Assembly: GCA_965214705.1 (NCBI GenBank)
Contig: CBDCCI010000002.1
Location: 672,001 to 736,000 of the forward strand
Source of the DNA: Alphaproteobacteria bacterium
Lineage (GTDB): Bacteria > Pseudomonadota > Alphaproteobacteria > UBA828
DNA: 64,000 bases
Direction: 5' to 3'
Made by a program: the position numbers and the translations under genes. Below, one piece after another: positions 40,054-50,237 of this stretch. Each line of letters begins with the position of its first letter. The first letter of the stretch is position 1. Below the pieces are notes generated by a model. The model had not been told where the DNA came from. It saw nothing but the letters and a program-made list of their open reading frames with translations, and ran no database searches.

Positions 40054-41232
40054 TTACGGCGGGGGACTCTCGCCGTCATCACCCAACAGGTTCCCGCCGA
40101 TGCTCTCGGTGATGCGCGACGCGGCAGTCTGCATGGAGTCCCGCGCCAGGTGAGCATAGCGGGCCGTGGTCTGAACCTGGGTGTGCCCGAGGAGCTTCCC
40201 GATCATGGTCAGGCTCTCGCCGAGCGCCAGCGCCCTGCTCGCGAAACTATGACGTAGGTCATGAATTCGCACGTCCTCAAGGTCCGCCCGCTTGCGGATG
40301 CGCCGCCAGGGTCGTTGAAGGTCGGTGAGGTGAGTGCCGGGCAGCTTGCCCGCGATGACCCACGGATTGTCATCCTCGCGGGGAATGGCTGACAGCACGG
40401 CTCGTGCCTCCGGCCCCAGCGGCACCGCCCTTCCGCCGGTCTTGGCATCGGGAAGCTCGATGCAGTCTCCCTTCACATTCTCCCACTGCAAGTCCCGGAT
40501 CTCCGACATTCGGCACCCCGTAAGCAACAGCAGGCGGAAGGCCGCGACCGCGGACGGCATCTCTTCCTCCGCCTCGCGCAGCACCTCCCCAAGGCGCGCA
40601 ACCTCATCCTCCGACAGGAACCGCTCGCGCTGGTGCTCCTTGTAGCGCTTCACATGCCGGCACGGATTGGAGCCGTCTTGGCGCCAGCCCCACACCTCCG
40701 CGAGGTTGAAAAGCTTCGAGAGAACTCCCAGGGTCCGGTTGGCCTGGTAGGGCTTGTCCCGCAGGCCGTGATGCAGGGCGGCAATGTCCTTGCGCTGAAC
40801 CTCCGAGACCCGCATTTCCCCCATCACGGGGTCGATGAACAGCTTCACCGACCGGCTGTACTCCTGCTGGGTGCTCGGCTTGCAGTGATCGGGCACATAC
40901 TCCTTGAGGAACCGCGCGGTCAGCTCGGCCACAGTCGGCTCGGCCTCGCGCTTGGCCTCCCCGTCCCGGGGGTCGATGCCCTTCTGCGCAAGCGACAGGA
41001 TCTCCAGCGCCCGGGCTCGAGCCCGGTCCGCGCTCACCACCCCGGGGGCGCCGATGGTGTACCAGCGAAGCTTCCCGTCGACGCGGGTCTGGACGACATA
41101 GACCTTTCGCCCTGATCGACGCACCCGCAGCCCGAAGCCGGTGAGTTCGCCGTCCCAGTAGACGGTATCGGTGCCGTCCGCCTTGATGGCGTCGACGGAT
41201 CGCTTGGTGATGCGGGGAATTCGCTTGACCAT
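40054..41232 (-). CDS. int: Tyrosine integrase with N-terminal arm-binding domain
   Basis: YWDGELTGFGLRV, LLTGCRMSE, HDLRHSFAS, LGH, TARYAH; adjacent to tRNA att. Confidence 0.93.
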   Translation of the reverse strand: MVKRIPRITKRSVDAIKADGTDTVYWDGELTGFGLRVRRSGRKVYVVQTRVDGKLRWYTIGAPGVVSADRARARALEILSLAQKGIDPRDGEAKREAEPTVAELTARFLKEYVPDHCKPSTQQEYSRSVKLFIDPVMGEMRVSEVQRKDIAALHHGLRDKPYQANRTLGVLSKLFNLAEVWGWRQDGSNPCRHVKRYKEHQRERFLSEDEVARLGEVLREAEEEMPSAVAAFRLLLLTGCRMSEIRDLQWENVKGDCIELPDAKTGGRAVPLGPEARAVLSAIPREDDNPWVIAGKLPGTHLTDLQRPWRRIRKRADLEDVRIHDLRHSFASRALALGESLTMIGKLLGHTQVQTTARYAHLARDSMQTAASRITESIGGNLLGDDGESPPP

Positions 41233-41350
41233 GCCGCGAGGGCATATCATGCTGGCAAACTATTGGCAAACAGAATCGAACAACTCGGAGACCCCTCCAG
41301 ACCGCTTCAGTCCACAACCGAACGGCCTAAACTATTGATCTATCATGCTT

Positions 41351-41386
41351 CCGTCCCCTCTAGTCCGCTCCAGTCCGTTCTAGTCC
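41351..41386 (+). repeat. 10-bp-period tandem repeats (YAGTCC core), putative integrase arm sites
   Basis: CCGTCCCCTC TAGTCCGCTC CAGTCCGTTC TAGTCC; related copies at ~41294-41315. Confidence 0.55.
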
Positions 41387-41402
41387 ACAAGGGGTTTCGA
41401 AA

Positions 41403-41447
41403 CTCATAACCTGAAGGTCGTAGGTTCAAATCCTACCCCCGCAACCA
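41403..41447 (+). tRNA. 3' half of tRNA-fMet (CAT) = att site (attR-like), not a complete tRNA
   Basis: CTCATAAC anticodon loop, GGTTCAAATCC T-arm, CCGCAACCA end; 5' half absent. Confidence 0.88.
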
Positions 41448-41449
41448 GC

Positions 41450-41490
41450 GAAAACGCCGCTAAGACCACACCTTAGCGGCGTTTTCATTT
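41450..41490. terminator. Intrinsic terminator hairpin after the tRNA fragment
   Basis: GAAAACGCCGCTAAG-7nt-CTTAGCGGCGTTTTC followed by T-rich tract. Confidence 0.75.
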
Positions 41491-41566
41491 TCGGGAAACC
41501 CCTTCCGAAATGGGCTTCGGAATGCCCTCGGAACGGAATTTGGAAGCTCAAGGCGCCAACTTTCAG

Positions 41567-41595
41567 TTGACGCCTGTACGGCACGACCGTACATT
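41567..41595 (+). promoter_or_regulatory. higBA promoter with operator; probably leaderless transcript
   Basis: TTGACG-17bp-TACATT; palindrome TGTACGG-N5-CCGTACA; ATG begins 7 nt after the -10. Confidence 0.7.
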
Positions 41596-41601
41596 GCTGG
41601 C

Positions 41602-41886
41602 ATGGAGATTCGGAGCATCCGCCACAGAGGGCTGAGGCGGCTTGTTGAAGATGACGACACCAGGGGAATCCGGCCCGACTTGACCGTAAGGATACGGAGC
41701 ATCCTGGCCTCCCTCATCAGCGCCGCTGACATGGACGGCGTTGAGGGGCCGCCGGGCTGGCGCATCCATCGGTTGTCCGGCGACCGGGCCGGAACTTGGA
41801 GCATCAGCACCTCCGGCAACTGGCGGATTACCTTCGATATTCAGGATGGGGCAATCGCGAACCTGAATCTGGAAGACTACCACTGA
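41602..41886 (+). CDS. higB: HigB toxin (plasmid maintenance killer family)
   Basis: IRSIRHRGLRRL..PPGWRIHRLSGDRAGTWSI..GNWRITF..LEDYH. Confidence 0.92.
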   Translation: MEIRSIRHRGLRRLVEDDDTRGIRPDLTVRIRSILASLISAADMDGVEGPPGWRIHRLSGDRAGTWSISTSGNWRITFDIQDGAIANLNLEDYH

Positions 41887-41948
41887 CGGGCGAGTGCTTA
41901 TCTCACCGATGACACAGGCCACGATCTGGATATGAAGGACTGTCACCG

Positions 41949-42254
41949 ATGAGCGATGAACGAGTAAGGATCGGCATGACGCCGCCGCACCCTGGCAGCT
42001 TCATCCGCACCGAAATTCTGGATGAGCTGGGTCTCACGGTCTCTCGCGCCGCCGACATTCTCGGCGTGCGGCGGGCAACACTTTCAGATCTAATCAACGG
42101 AAAAGCGAGCCTCTCACCGGAAATGGCGCTCAGGATCGAGAAAGCGTTCGGGGTTTCCATGGACACGCTCTTGCGCATGGGAGCCTGGTACGACAGCCAC
42201 GCGATGCGCCGCCGCGCCGACGAGATTGACGTCAAGCCCTACCAGTCTACCTAG
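41949..42254 (+). CDS. higA: HigA antitoxin
   Basis: PPHPG..LGV.RATLSDLINGKASLSPEMALRIEKAFG. Confidence 0.93.
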   Translation: MSDERVRIGMTPPHPGSFIRTEILDELGLTVSRAADILGVRRATLSDLINGKASLSPEMALRIEKAFGVSMDTLLRMGAWYDSHAMRRRADEIDVKPYQST

Positions 42255-42329
42255 AAACTGAAGGCAACCCTGCAATAGCGTATGGTAGCGAGGCTTGGAA
42301 TAAATTACGTCAAGTACTCAAACGGAGCG

Positions 42330-42975
42330 ACACGGTTTTGTTCATCGGTTCGTGAATTTCGACGTGGTCGGGCCTTCCCTCGTGCCTGGCGCGGTCGAAG
42401 AGTTGGCACGGTTTCTCGAGTCAGCTGGCGTCGATCCTGACCTCGTGAGGGCCGAAGCAAGAAAAGGCGATCTCGTCCAGGCGGCGAGCTACGGACTGGA
42501 CCGCTTGACGAAACAACAGATGGGTGAGTTCATCTGGAGTCCATGTCGGTGCGGGACAGCATGGCCAGAGGAAATCCATCGAAATATCGTCAACCTGGGA
42601 CCACGAGACTACGTCACCACCAACTACGACGACCTGATCGAACAGAGCCTTCGCAAGTGGCATGAGAGCCGACCCTTCCGAACGGTAATAAACCGTCACC
42701 TCACAGAGACGGCTGCCATCGCCCGGACACATGCCAGCGACTACGTGTTCAAGCCGCATGGAGACGCCGGCGACATGGACAGCATCATCATGTCGAGGGA
42801 GCAGTATCGGGCACTACTACCTCAGGGAGGCGATGCGGGCGTCCGGCAGCGCATGCTGCAACGGGTTTACCGCTCCACAAGATTCCGCAGCCCAAACAGG
42901 ACGTGCAAAAGCAACCTATGCCGGCTCCGACGGCGCGATGTGCACTACGATGCTGTCGCCGGTGTGAACGACTAG
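42330..42975 (+). pseudogene. SIR2-like domain protein, degraded
   Basis: VLFIGS then stop; VTTNYDDLIE, KPHGD; homology appears lost after ~42825. Confidence 0.7.
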
Positions 42976-43343
42976 ACTAGGAATTCCAGCGGTCCGAGCG
43001 CGCCAATTGGGACCCTTAGCGCGGCGTCGGCGAAGCCGTCCGGCGGGGTCTTGCGGACGTTCTCGGGGGCGAGCCCGAGCCGGGGGAAGCGGAATCTGCG
43101 GATGCGCGATTCGGCCCTGGGGCGATGCGGTTCATGCCATTCTCCATCGGGGTTGCCTCGGCACGGCGGGGTCGGTCCGCCTGGCCGTCCTCAACGCCTG
43201 CCCCGATCCGACCCCTCCGGCTCCCGAAGGCGTCCCCGCGAGCCTGCGGCGCGAGGCTCAGTGAGACGGAGCCGGGTTTGAGCGAATAGCGGGTCTGGAC
43301 CGAGGGACATTCCCGGGTGGGCGGACCGGTCCAGTTGTGCTAG

Positions 43344-43492
43344 GGAACCTCTGATTTATCAGGGGTTCCCGTGGCACAGGGATGTGCCACCATTTTCGGT
43401 GGCTGTAAGTCGCTGAAAATGTGAGCAAAGCGGAAAGCGCGCTTCCGCCTTGCGCGTCTGAGAAATGCAGGAGGCACTTATTCAGACCTTCC
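43344..43492. mobile_element. 149-bp IS5-type MITE, copy 1
   Basis: TIR GGAACCTCTGATTTA / GGAAGGTCTGAATAA; TSD CTAG; 1 mismatch to copy 2. Confidence 0.9.
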
Positions 43493-43505
43493 CTAGCTGT
43501 TGTTG

Positions 43506-43787
43506 ATGGCCGGACCGACCGGAAACATCGAGGCCGTCGCGCGCGCCGTGTGCGCGAAGAGATTGGCGCACGACGGCAAGACCGAGGAGCAGCTCGCCAC
43601 CGACGTGGAGATGTACAGGCATGTCGTCGCTTCCTATCTGGAAGCCGGCGTGATAGACGAATCCGGGCGAGAGGTCCGGGATCTGAGCTGGGACGAGAAG
43701 CTCGACATCACTGGAGACTGGCTTGGAAGGCTTCCTGAGTCCGCGGCGGCATGGCGGAACGCGCGGTGCGGGTCGACGCTAGCGTGA
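43506..43787 (+). CDS. Small hypothetical protein, first gene of operon
   Basis: Stop overlaps next start (GTGATG); plausible helical protein. Confidence 0.65.
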   Translation: MAGPTGNIEAVARAVCAKRLAHDGKTEEQLATDVEMYRHVVASYLEAGVIDESGREVRDLSWDEKLDITGDWLGRLPESAAAWRNARCGSTLA

Positions 43788-45121
43788 TGGAGCGGCTGGC
43801 CATACGCGAGGTTCCGCGGCTGCGAGTGTCGAAAGAGGTTCGCAGGCCGAAGCAGTACGACCCGGCCAGGGAGTATCGCTTTCGCTACAAGTCGAAGAGG
43901 CACTCGCGACTTCCACATGTGGTGAAATTTTCGGGGGGCCGATCGAGCGGTATGCTGTTGTTCGCGCTTCTGGAAAACGGATTTCTCAATCAAGAACGAG
44001 GGGATGTCATTGTCTTCAACAACACGTCGGCGGAACATCCAGACACATACAGGTTTGTTGGGGACTGCATGCGGACAGCCCGGAACTATGGCATTCCATT
44101 CTTCCAGATAGAGTTCCAGACCTACGAGGATGCCTGGCGGGGCGAGTTTACGAGAATGCCCACGTACAGGCTTGTGAACGACCGGCCGAAGTCGGAGACG
44201 AACCCGGACGGGTTTCATTGGCGGGGCGAGGTGTTCGAAGAGCTGCTGTCCTGGAAGGGTTATGTGCCCAACAGGTTCCAGCGGATTTGCACACAGCATC
44301 TGAAGCTTGACGTTACGCGGAGTTTCCTGAGGGACTGGTTGGCCTCCAAACCGGCGATTCCGAGGCTGGGGCATTACGGGAATGGCTCAAGAATCGATGC
44401 GGACGCGACTTATCGGAGACATCGAGAGAACAGGGGTGAGGTGCCGCGAGAGATATTCGTCGACAAGCGTTCCTATGTTTGGGGACGACCGCATGCGAGG
44501 CCAGAGCAATGCTATCGGGATTTCTGCCCGGATTGGGTGCCGTTCGAGAACGAGGCCTTGAAAGGAAAGACGTTCGGTGACAGGGCGCGGTTCGGGAAGG
44601 GCGGCGTAGAGTATGTAGCGTTCATCGGGTTACGGGGCGACGAGCCTCATCGGATCGAGAGGGTGGAGACCCGGAACGAAGGCGATTCGGGTTACGAGGG
44701 TGAACATGTGTATATGCCGCTCGACGACATGGCGGTTACGCGGGATGACGTGAACAGGTTCTGGGAACGCCAGGACTGGGATCTGGCCCTGCCAAAGGAG
44801 ACGAGCCTGTCAAACTGCGTTTTCTGCTTCTTGAAGGGTTTGGGGAGTCTCCACGATATTCGAGATCGAATGGACGATGCGCAGAATGACAGTATCGAGG
44901 GTTTCGGGACGCTGGAAGAGACGCCGAGTGATCTGGCTTGGTGGGCGCGCGTTGAGTTGAAGTATGGGCGCGATCTGGAGGCGGAGGGGCGGCAGGTGCG
45001 CAGCAGCGCGACCCGGATCGGGTTCTTCGGAAGCGACAAGTTCACCTATGCGGACGTGGCGGAAGGTTCGGTTCCGGGCGAGCTGACCGAAGGCATGTTG
45101 CCGTGCGATTGCACGGAATGA
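43784..45121 (+). CDS. PAPS-reductase/PP-loop family protein (DndC/SspD-related but non-canonical)
   Basis: FSGGRSSG, FNNTSAEH, RICTQHLK, IGLRGDE, SNCVFCFLK, C-terminal PCDC. Confidence 0.85.
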   Translation: MMERLAIREVPRLRVSKEVRRPKQYDPAREYRFRYKSKRHSRLPHVVKFSGGRSSGMLLFALLENGFLNQERGDVIVFNNTSAEHPDTYRFVGDCMRTARNYGIPFFQIEFQTYEDAWRGEFTRMPTYRLVNDRPKSETNPDGFHWRGEVFEELLSWKGYVPNRFQRICTQHLKLDVTRSFLRDWLASKPAIPRLGHYGNGSRIDADATYRRHRENRGEVPREIFVDKRSYVWGRPHARPEQCYRDFCPDWVPFENEALKGKTFGDRARFGKGGVEYVAFIGLRGDEPHRIERVETRNEGDSGYEGEHVYMPLDDMAVTRDDVNRFWERQDWDLALPKETSLSNCVFCFLKGLGSLHDIRDRMDDAQNDSIEGFGTLEETPSDLAWWARVELKYGRDLEAEGRQVRSSATRIGFFGSDKFTYADVAEGSVPGELTEGMLPCDCTE

Positions 45122-46269
45122 CGCCGAGACCGATCTACCTCGACAATCAGGCGACCACACCAATGGACCCGTCGGTGCGCGAGGCCATGTGGCCTTGGTT
45201 GTGCGGGCAATTCGGGAATCCTCATTCGCGCGATCACGGGTTCGGCTGGGAGGCCTCTCAAGCGGTCCGGGAGGCGCGCGCGAGGGTCGCGCAGTTGGTC
45301 AATGCTGATGACGACGAGATCGTGTTCACGTCAGGGGCGACGGAGTCCTGCAACCTAGCGCTGCGCGGCGTGGCTGGGCAGCAAAGAAACGGAGAGCGGA
45401 GCCGTATTGTCACGGTATCGACCGAACACCCAGCCGTCATGGAGACGGTTCACGACCTGGGCAGGTCCGGGTTCGACGCGGTTGTACTGCCCGTCAGAGC
45501 GAATGGCCTGATCGATTTGTCGGAGTTGGAAGAGGCAACCGACGAGCGGACCTTACTGGTGTCGGTGATGGCCGTGAATAACGAGATCGGCGTAGTGCAG
45601 CCTCTGTCCCAAATAGCGAAGCGATGCCGAGAAGTGGGGGCGCTGTTCCATACGGATGCGACCCAGGCGGCAGGAAGATTAGGAATCGACGTAGAGGAAT
45701 GGGACGTGGACCTGCTGAGTCTTTCGGGGCACAAGGTTTACGGGCCGAAAGGCGTTGGCGCACTGTTCGTACGATCCGGCGTCGATTTGAGAGCGATTAT
45801 TACGGGCGGAGGTCAGGAAAGGGGGCTGAGAGGGGGGACGCTGCCTGTCCCGCTCGTGGTCGGGTTGGGCAAGTCCTGCGAAATGGCGTTGGAGAAGCAG
45901 GCCGATGATTGCGAGAGGATGCACACCTTGGCCGGGCGGCTCTACGCCTCGCTTCTCGACATTCGTCCAGACATGCGTCTGTTCGGGGACATGGACAAGC
46001 GCATCGCCGGGAACCTGAGCATAGGGTTCCCGGGGGTCTTGGCGGAGGAGGTGATTGCAGCGGTTTCGGATCGACTGGCCGTTTCAAGCGGTTCGGCGTG
46101 TTCGTCTACGAGCCTGGAGCCGTCGCGGGTGTTGATGGCTCTCGGCTTCGATGAAGAAACGGCTGTGACAGGGCTCAGGATAAGTCTGGGTCGGTTCACG
46201 ACGGACGAGGATATTGACGAAGCGGTGTCTGTTCTGACCAATTCAAAGATCATTTCCCGTAGAAATTGA
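45118..46269 (+). CDS. iscS: Cysteine desulfurase (IscS/DndA-like)
   Basis: IYLDNQATT, FGNPHS, FTSGATE, HTDATQA, SGHKVYGPKG, SSGSACSS; ATGA overlap. Confidence 0.93.
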   Translation: MTPRPIYLDNQATTPMDPSVREAMWPWLCGQFGNPHSRDHGFGWEASQAVREARARVAQLVNADDDEIVFTSGATESCNLALRGVAGQQRNGERSRIVTVSTEHPAVMETVHDLGRSGFDAVVLPVRANGLIDLSELEEATDERTLLVSVMAVNNEIGVVQPLSQIAKRCREVGALFHTDATQAAGRLGIDVEEWDVDLLSLSGHKVYGPKGVGALFVRSGVDLRAIITGGGQERGLRGGTLPVPLVVGLGKSCEMALEKQADDCERMHTLAGRLYASLLDIRPDMRLFGDMDKRIAGNLSIGFPGVLAEEVIAAVSDRLAVSSGSACSSTSLEPSRVLMALGFDEETAVTGLRISLGRFTTDEDIDEAVSVLTNSKIISRRN

Positions 46270-48398
46270 AAGCCATGACAAGGAAAGAGCCTGACCTGCG
46301 CTTCGGTCCGGGAAGCAGCGGGGGTTTCACACCGGCCGGTATCGCGGCCTTCGACAATCTTCGCCCTGCGGCCGTGGTTCGCGAGTTGATTCAGAACGGT
46401 CTGGATGCTGCCAAGAACGCAGACGAGCGGCCGGCTGTCGTGACGTTCAGGCTGGAGCGGAGGCCGCTGGCTTCGATACCGGGTATCGAGAGCTACAGAC
46501 GGGCGTTCAGGAAGGCAGTGGAACGGCAGCGCGAAATGGCCGATGGATCACTGCCGGATCAGGCGGAACTTGTCGTCGCACGGATGACCGATGCGCTCGA
46601 TAGCCAAGAACTGGATTTCCTGACCGTAATGGACAACGGCATTGGGCTGAACGAGCAACGCATGAACGCGTTGCTGAGCGACGGCGTAAGCGTGAAGCCA
46701 GGCGGGGCAACCGGCACGTATGGAAATGGGCATTCGACGGCCATTCCCGTGTCAGATCTCAGATACGTGCTGTACGGGGGCATTTCGGATGGCGGACTGC
46801 GGATCGGATCCGGACATGCGGTTCTCGCGTCTCATGTGGAGGCAGGGGATCGGTATCTGCGCGGCGGCGACGGGTTCTATATCAGGGATTTCGCAGCAGG
46901 CCGCGGCACGCTCTACGACTATGCCCGAAACGGAGAACTGCCGGAGCTGATCGAGGAGGCGTTGGCGGACGTTCGGGAGGCTTGGGGTCGGGGGACAGCG
47001 GTCATCATTCCTGCATTCAACAATTTCCTGGAAGACGAGACACTCTGGGAAATGGTCTCGCATGCTGCGTCGGCGAACTTCTTTGTAGCGATCGATGACG
47101 GCGATCTCGAGGTGGTTGTGGAGGACAGGCGGCCGGGGACAGACAGCGAGAAATGGATAGTGGACAAGGCCCGGCTGGCGTCGGTGCTCGTGACTCACAA
47201 GGAAAAGCGGCGGGCCAGGGCCTTCCTGAACGGGAAGAGGGCATTCGAGGGATACGAGGCCTATCGAAGAGGCAAACGCCAGACGGTGACGACGAGCGCA
47301 GGGAAGATCGGAATTTCCTTGAAGCAGGACGTTAAGGAACCTCTGATTTATCAGGGGTTCCCGTGGCACAGGGATGTGCCACCATTTTCGGTGGCTGTAA
47401 GTCACTGAAAATGTGAGCAAAGCGGAAAGCGCGCTTCCGCCTTGCGCGTCTGAGAAATGCAGGAGGCACTTATTCAGACCTTCCTTAAGGGGATGACGCG
47501 GGTCGACCTGTTTCGCAACGGGATGTGGGTTACAGACAGGATTCCTGGGTTCTACCAGAAGTTCACGGATCGAGTGCCGTTCCATGCGGTGCTCTCGCTC
47601 GATGCCGAGCAGGGTCGCGATCTGCACGACTGGATTCGGATTGCTGAGGGGCCCTTGCATGACGCGATCATCGTGAAGCGATTGCCGCGGGCTAGGCGGA
47701 CAGCCTGCTATCAGGCGCTCAGAGAAGTGGTTGACTGGCTCTGTGCGAACACGGAAACAGTATCCTCGGACGAGTACATGTCGCCGGATTTCCTGACGCT
47801 CGACTTCGGGGATGAGGAAGGCGGCGGGACCGGTCGGGTGCGGAAAGGACGGTTCTGGGGAGCACCAGTTCCTGTCGGCCGGGCGCCTGCGCGCCAAGTG
47901 CCGTTGTTTCGGGTGGACCCGGACTCGGAAGAGACGGAAGAGAGGGAGGAACGCCAAAACCGAAAACGTCGCGAGCGCGACAGGGAACGGAGGCATGATC
48001 GTCAGCGACAGCGGCCTTCCCTGCCCAGGTTTTTTCAGGCTGCATCCTGCCCGACGGGAGAGAACAGGCGCCGGATTGTTGTTGAGTGCGCGCGCGACTA
48101 CGCGAATGCCGAGTTACGGCTGGTGGTCGATGAAGCACTGGATGCGACATGCGAAAGGCACGGCCAGGATGGGTACGCGCCAGCGGTCCTGAGCGGGGTC
48201 ACAATCGATGGCAGGGCTGTGAATAACAGAGAGCTTGTACGCTGGGACGACAAGGTGGTGGGAGTAAGGTTGGGAGACCTCATCGCCGGCAGGTCGGTGG
48301 AGGTGGAGGCCGATTACAGGCTGGATGGCGAGTTTGCGGACTTGCTCACACCTTCGCTCAGGGTTGAGGTTTTCGCCGGGGAGAAGGACGAGGGCTAA
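46266..48398 (+). pseudogene. GHKL (HATPase_c)-type ATPase protein (~659 aa), interrupted by MITE copy 2
   Basis: RELIQNGLDA, DNGIG, GTYGNG, GTAVII; removing MITE + one TSD restores KQDVKGMTRVDLFRNG in frame. Confidence 0.85.
47336..47484. mobile_element. 149-bp IS5-type MITE, copy 2
   Basis: TSD TTAA (47332-47335, 47485-47488); same orientation as copy 1. Confidence 0.92.
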
Positions 48399-48429
48399 GG
48401 CGTCTGCGTTCGTCTCGAATGGGGGGAGG

Positions 48430-49306
48430 ATGAGAAAGCCGTACTCAATTGTTGCGGTTGAGCCCGGGCCGTCGAATGCGATCAGGGCGCATCAGCACCC
48501 GATTCTGGAGCCAGGCAATCTGTCGTTTCCGCAAGGTCGATACGAGCTTGAATTCCTGCCTGGCGAGGATCGGGGGTCTTTTGAGGTGACGCATCTTGTT
48601 AGCGGGGCGCCTCTGATTACGCGGATGCTCGAAGAAACAGAAGCGCAGTGCGTCTGCATAGTGTCCTCACCGATCTCGTCGTATCGAAAAACACACATGT
48701 CGTCGACGGCACGGCAGAAAGTGAGCTGGGACGCGGAGGAACTAGGAGAGCCGCCATTATTTACGCCGATGATTGTATGCGCGGAAGCGCGCGACGTTGT
48801 GCTCAGCTCGTCCCGGGATGGCGTTCATAAGGTATGGGATGGCCAGAGTATATCGTTTCATCGGGGCTCAAGGCTGGCCCTTGGCGAGGTCATACGTTTG
48901 GAATCGTCGATCTTGCAATTGCTGTCGTTGCACGAGATGCCGGGGTTGAAGGATGGCCAGTTCGAGGTCGACATCGAAACAGAGCCGTTCAGGTTCCGGG
49001 TGAACATGAGCAGCTCGCTTCACCGGTTCCTGCGGCATCGAGAGGATGCGCATCGCTGGAATATCATGACGCACATCGTAACTGCATGCCTCGCTAGACT
49101 TCAGAAGGATCATGAGGCGGACGACGGTGAGAGCGGTTGGCAGTCGCATCGAAACCTGAAGGCATTTGCGGATTATCTGGAAGTCAACGGGCTAGAGCAT
49201 TGGACGGATTGCGGAGTTTCGCCCTGAAAAGGTGGCGACGGCGCTCTATCCGCACCTCATGCCGGAGTCAGGTTTCGGCGAAGCTGGCGTGAGCGAAGAA
49301 CAATGA
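48430..49306 (+). CDS. Hypothetical protein (HPIL N-terminal motif); apparent 1-nt insertion near 49210
   Basis: ORF stops at 49227, but +1 frame reads AEFRPEKVATALYP.. to a TGA overlapping the next ATG. Confidence 0.7.
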
Positions 49307-50175
49307 GGGTGCTGGAGAGCCTTAAGGAACTGCGCGACAGTGACTATACGCGGTTCCGGAAAAGTCTGTTGAGGGTCAAGGGAAGCGACCTACAGAGAGA
49401 TTTTCTTGTAGAGGTGCGTTCGGGTGATGGTTTCCTGGAGAGACTTGGGCAGGTCGAAACGATAGGGACCAGGGAAGCCGAGCTGCTGCCCGAGCCGTTG
49501 ACGGAGCCGATGTTCAAGGAACCGCCGGCAGATACCGAGCGGATGTTGTATTCGTCCTGGTCGGCCGTCGCGCCAGCTCTGGCCTGTCGGTCGACCTTCT
49601 GGGCAGCGGTTACGCTCAACCATGTGCGGCATGGGCTTATTGATTCGGCATTTCTGGCGGCGAACGGAGGGAATCTCCCGGGGGGAGCGGAGCGCATCGA
49701 CTTTGCGCTGAATGACGTATCGAACAGCGGCCCGCAGCGGATAGATAACTGCGTGAGGACGGTGCTTCGGCGGCTGGGCGGGCTTCCGGAGGTACGAGGC
49801 AATCGTTCGGTGTACGTGGATTGCCCGTTCGCCAGGGCCTGGTGGCGCGAACGAATGATCGAACAGGCCTCAGCGGGCCGGGACGAAGTGGCGCAAAGCA
49901 TTCGGGCGGCATTTCGCTTCAGTCAGACCTATTGGGAGAAATTCATCGATCGGATTGTGTTCCGGAATTCGACATTCGGGTCGGAGAATATCCGGAGTTC
50001 CTTCGTGCGCGCACTTGCAGGGGCGCTACGGGACCATCCAGGTTCGGCACTGGAAAGTACCGAGGGCCTGCAGCGGGCCTGTCGACGGGCGACTGCATAT
50101 CAAGGGGGTCGGGAACTGAGCATTCTGGCGGATGACGAGCTGGACGAACTGATGAGGTGTGTCGTTCGATTGTGA
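49303..50175 (+). CDS. Hypothetical protein, tentatively DUF6339-like
   Basis: FWAAVTLNH and ARAWW motifs; ATGA coupling. Confidence 0.7.
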   Translation: MRVLESLKELRDSDYTRFRKSLLRVKGSDLQRDFLVEVRSGDGFLERLGQVETIGTREAELLPEPLTEPMFKEPPADTERMLYSSWSAVAPALACRSTFWAAVTLNHVRHGLIDSAFLAANGGNLPGGAERIDFALNDVSNSGPQRIDNCVRTVLRRLGGLPEVRGNRSVYVDCPFARAWWRERMIEQASAGRDEVAQSIRAAFRFSQTYWEKFIDRIVFRNSTFGSENIRSSFVRALAGALRDHPGSALESTEGLQRACRRATAYQGGRELSILADDELDELMRCVVRL

Positions 50176-50237
50176 TCGACGTTGGGCATGCGGTTGAGTT
50201 CTTTTGCCCAATCACAGCTAGATCGGAGTCTTCTTTC

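Noticed and set aside
41370-41447. Complete tRNA-Met gene
   Set aside because: 5' acceptor strand and D-arm are missing; only the 3' half (att site) is present
42330-42975. Functional SIR2/Thoeris-type defence gene
   Set aside because: Stop directly after the first motif, truncated C-terminus and no partner gene
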